A stretch of 63,517 nt of DNA, filler included, from Octopus bimaculoides (lineage: Eukaryota), in NCBI RefSeq assembly GCF_001194135.2. It is 7 parts of 7 records of this genome, joined end to end, with 100 filler letters (N's around TTAATTAATTAA, not from the genome) between each part and the next. Parts side by side here need not be neighbours in the genome. Positions count along the whole stretch, not along the records: positions 62,209 to 63,517 come from NW_026424921.1; 6 more parts are not named here. One strand, 5' to 3'. Both the position numbers and the translations under genes were made by a program. The notes under the pieces were generated by a model. The model was not told the DNA's origin. It did no database searches and saw only the letters and a list, made by a program, of their open reading frames with translations. Within the stretch, counting starts at the first letter, position 1. Every line of letters begins with the position of its first letter. Positions 63,195 to 63,517 of this stretch are shown piece by piece.

Positions 63195-63470
63195 TGCTTT
63201 AAGAACCAATGCCTCAAGAACGAATTTGGGAGAAAATGTGTAGAAGTCCTCCATATGTGTATGTGTTCGTGCGTGTGTGTTTGTGCATGTATGTGTGTGT
63301 GTGTGTGTATGTGTGTGTATGTGTCTGCATGTATATGTGTGCATATGTGTACATATCTTTAGGTACACATATGCACACATATGCCACCGTAGGACAATCG
63401 GTGTCGGTTTGCTCACGTCCCCGTAACATGGCATTTCGATAAAACACACCGATAGAATAAGTACCAGACA
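63195..63470 (+). mobile_element. Degenerate bipartite SINE family B with internal TG tract
   Basis: Tail cgtccccgtaacatggcatttcg...ccgatagaataagtacc, followed by (AAT)n. Confidence 0.6.
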
Positions 63471-63474
63471 TCAA

Positions 63475-63517
<43 letters not shown>

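Noticed and set aside
46-63474. Most long ORFs in the supplied track ([16 protein letters not shown] repeats and X runs)
   Set aside because: They are translations of stop-free dinucleotide or tetranucleotide microsatellites and N-gaps.

Overview
Repeat-dense eukaryotic genomic DNA. The SINE families, Tc1/mariner content and microsatellite load suggest an octopod cephalopod (inference). The window is a scaffold with many N-gaps, six of which are artificial 100-bp joins (44N-TTAATTAATTAA-44N), so long-range adjacency is not guaranteed. Only two host coding exons are recognisable, both on the + strand. One is an NRF-domain exon of an nrf-6-like acyltransferase (39472-39665). The other is a near-C-terminal Porcupine (PORCN) exon (61506-61610). 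The rest is mostly decayed transposable elements: a full-length DD36-spaced Tc1-like element, two deleted mariners (one a fold-back), a DD41D/rosa-like relic, Helitrons (one inserted cleanly into an RLE-type LINE), RTE/CR1/Tx1-like LINE relics, piggyBac/hAT/Tc1 MITEs and about four SINE-like families. The most unusual unexplained structure is a ~1 kb array (62209-63175) of a short conserved GGGTATGA core spaced mostly 31-32 bp apart with diverged intervening sequence. Almost all ORFs in the supplied track are microsatellite or N-gap artefacts. No rRNA, true tRNA or CRISPR is supported, and I found no demonstrable novel multi-gene system.
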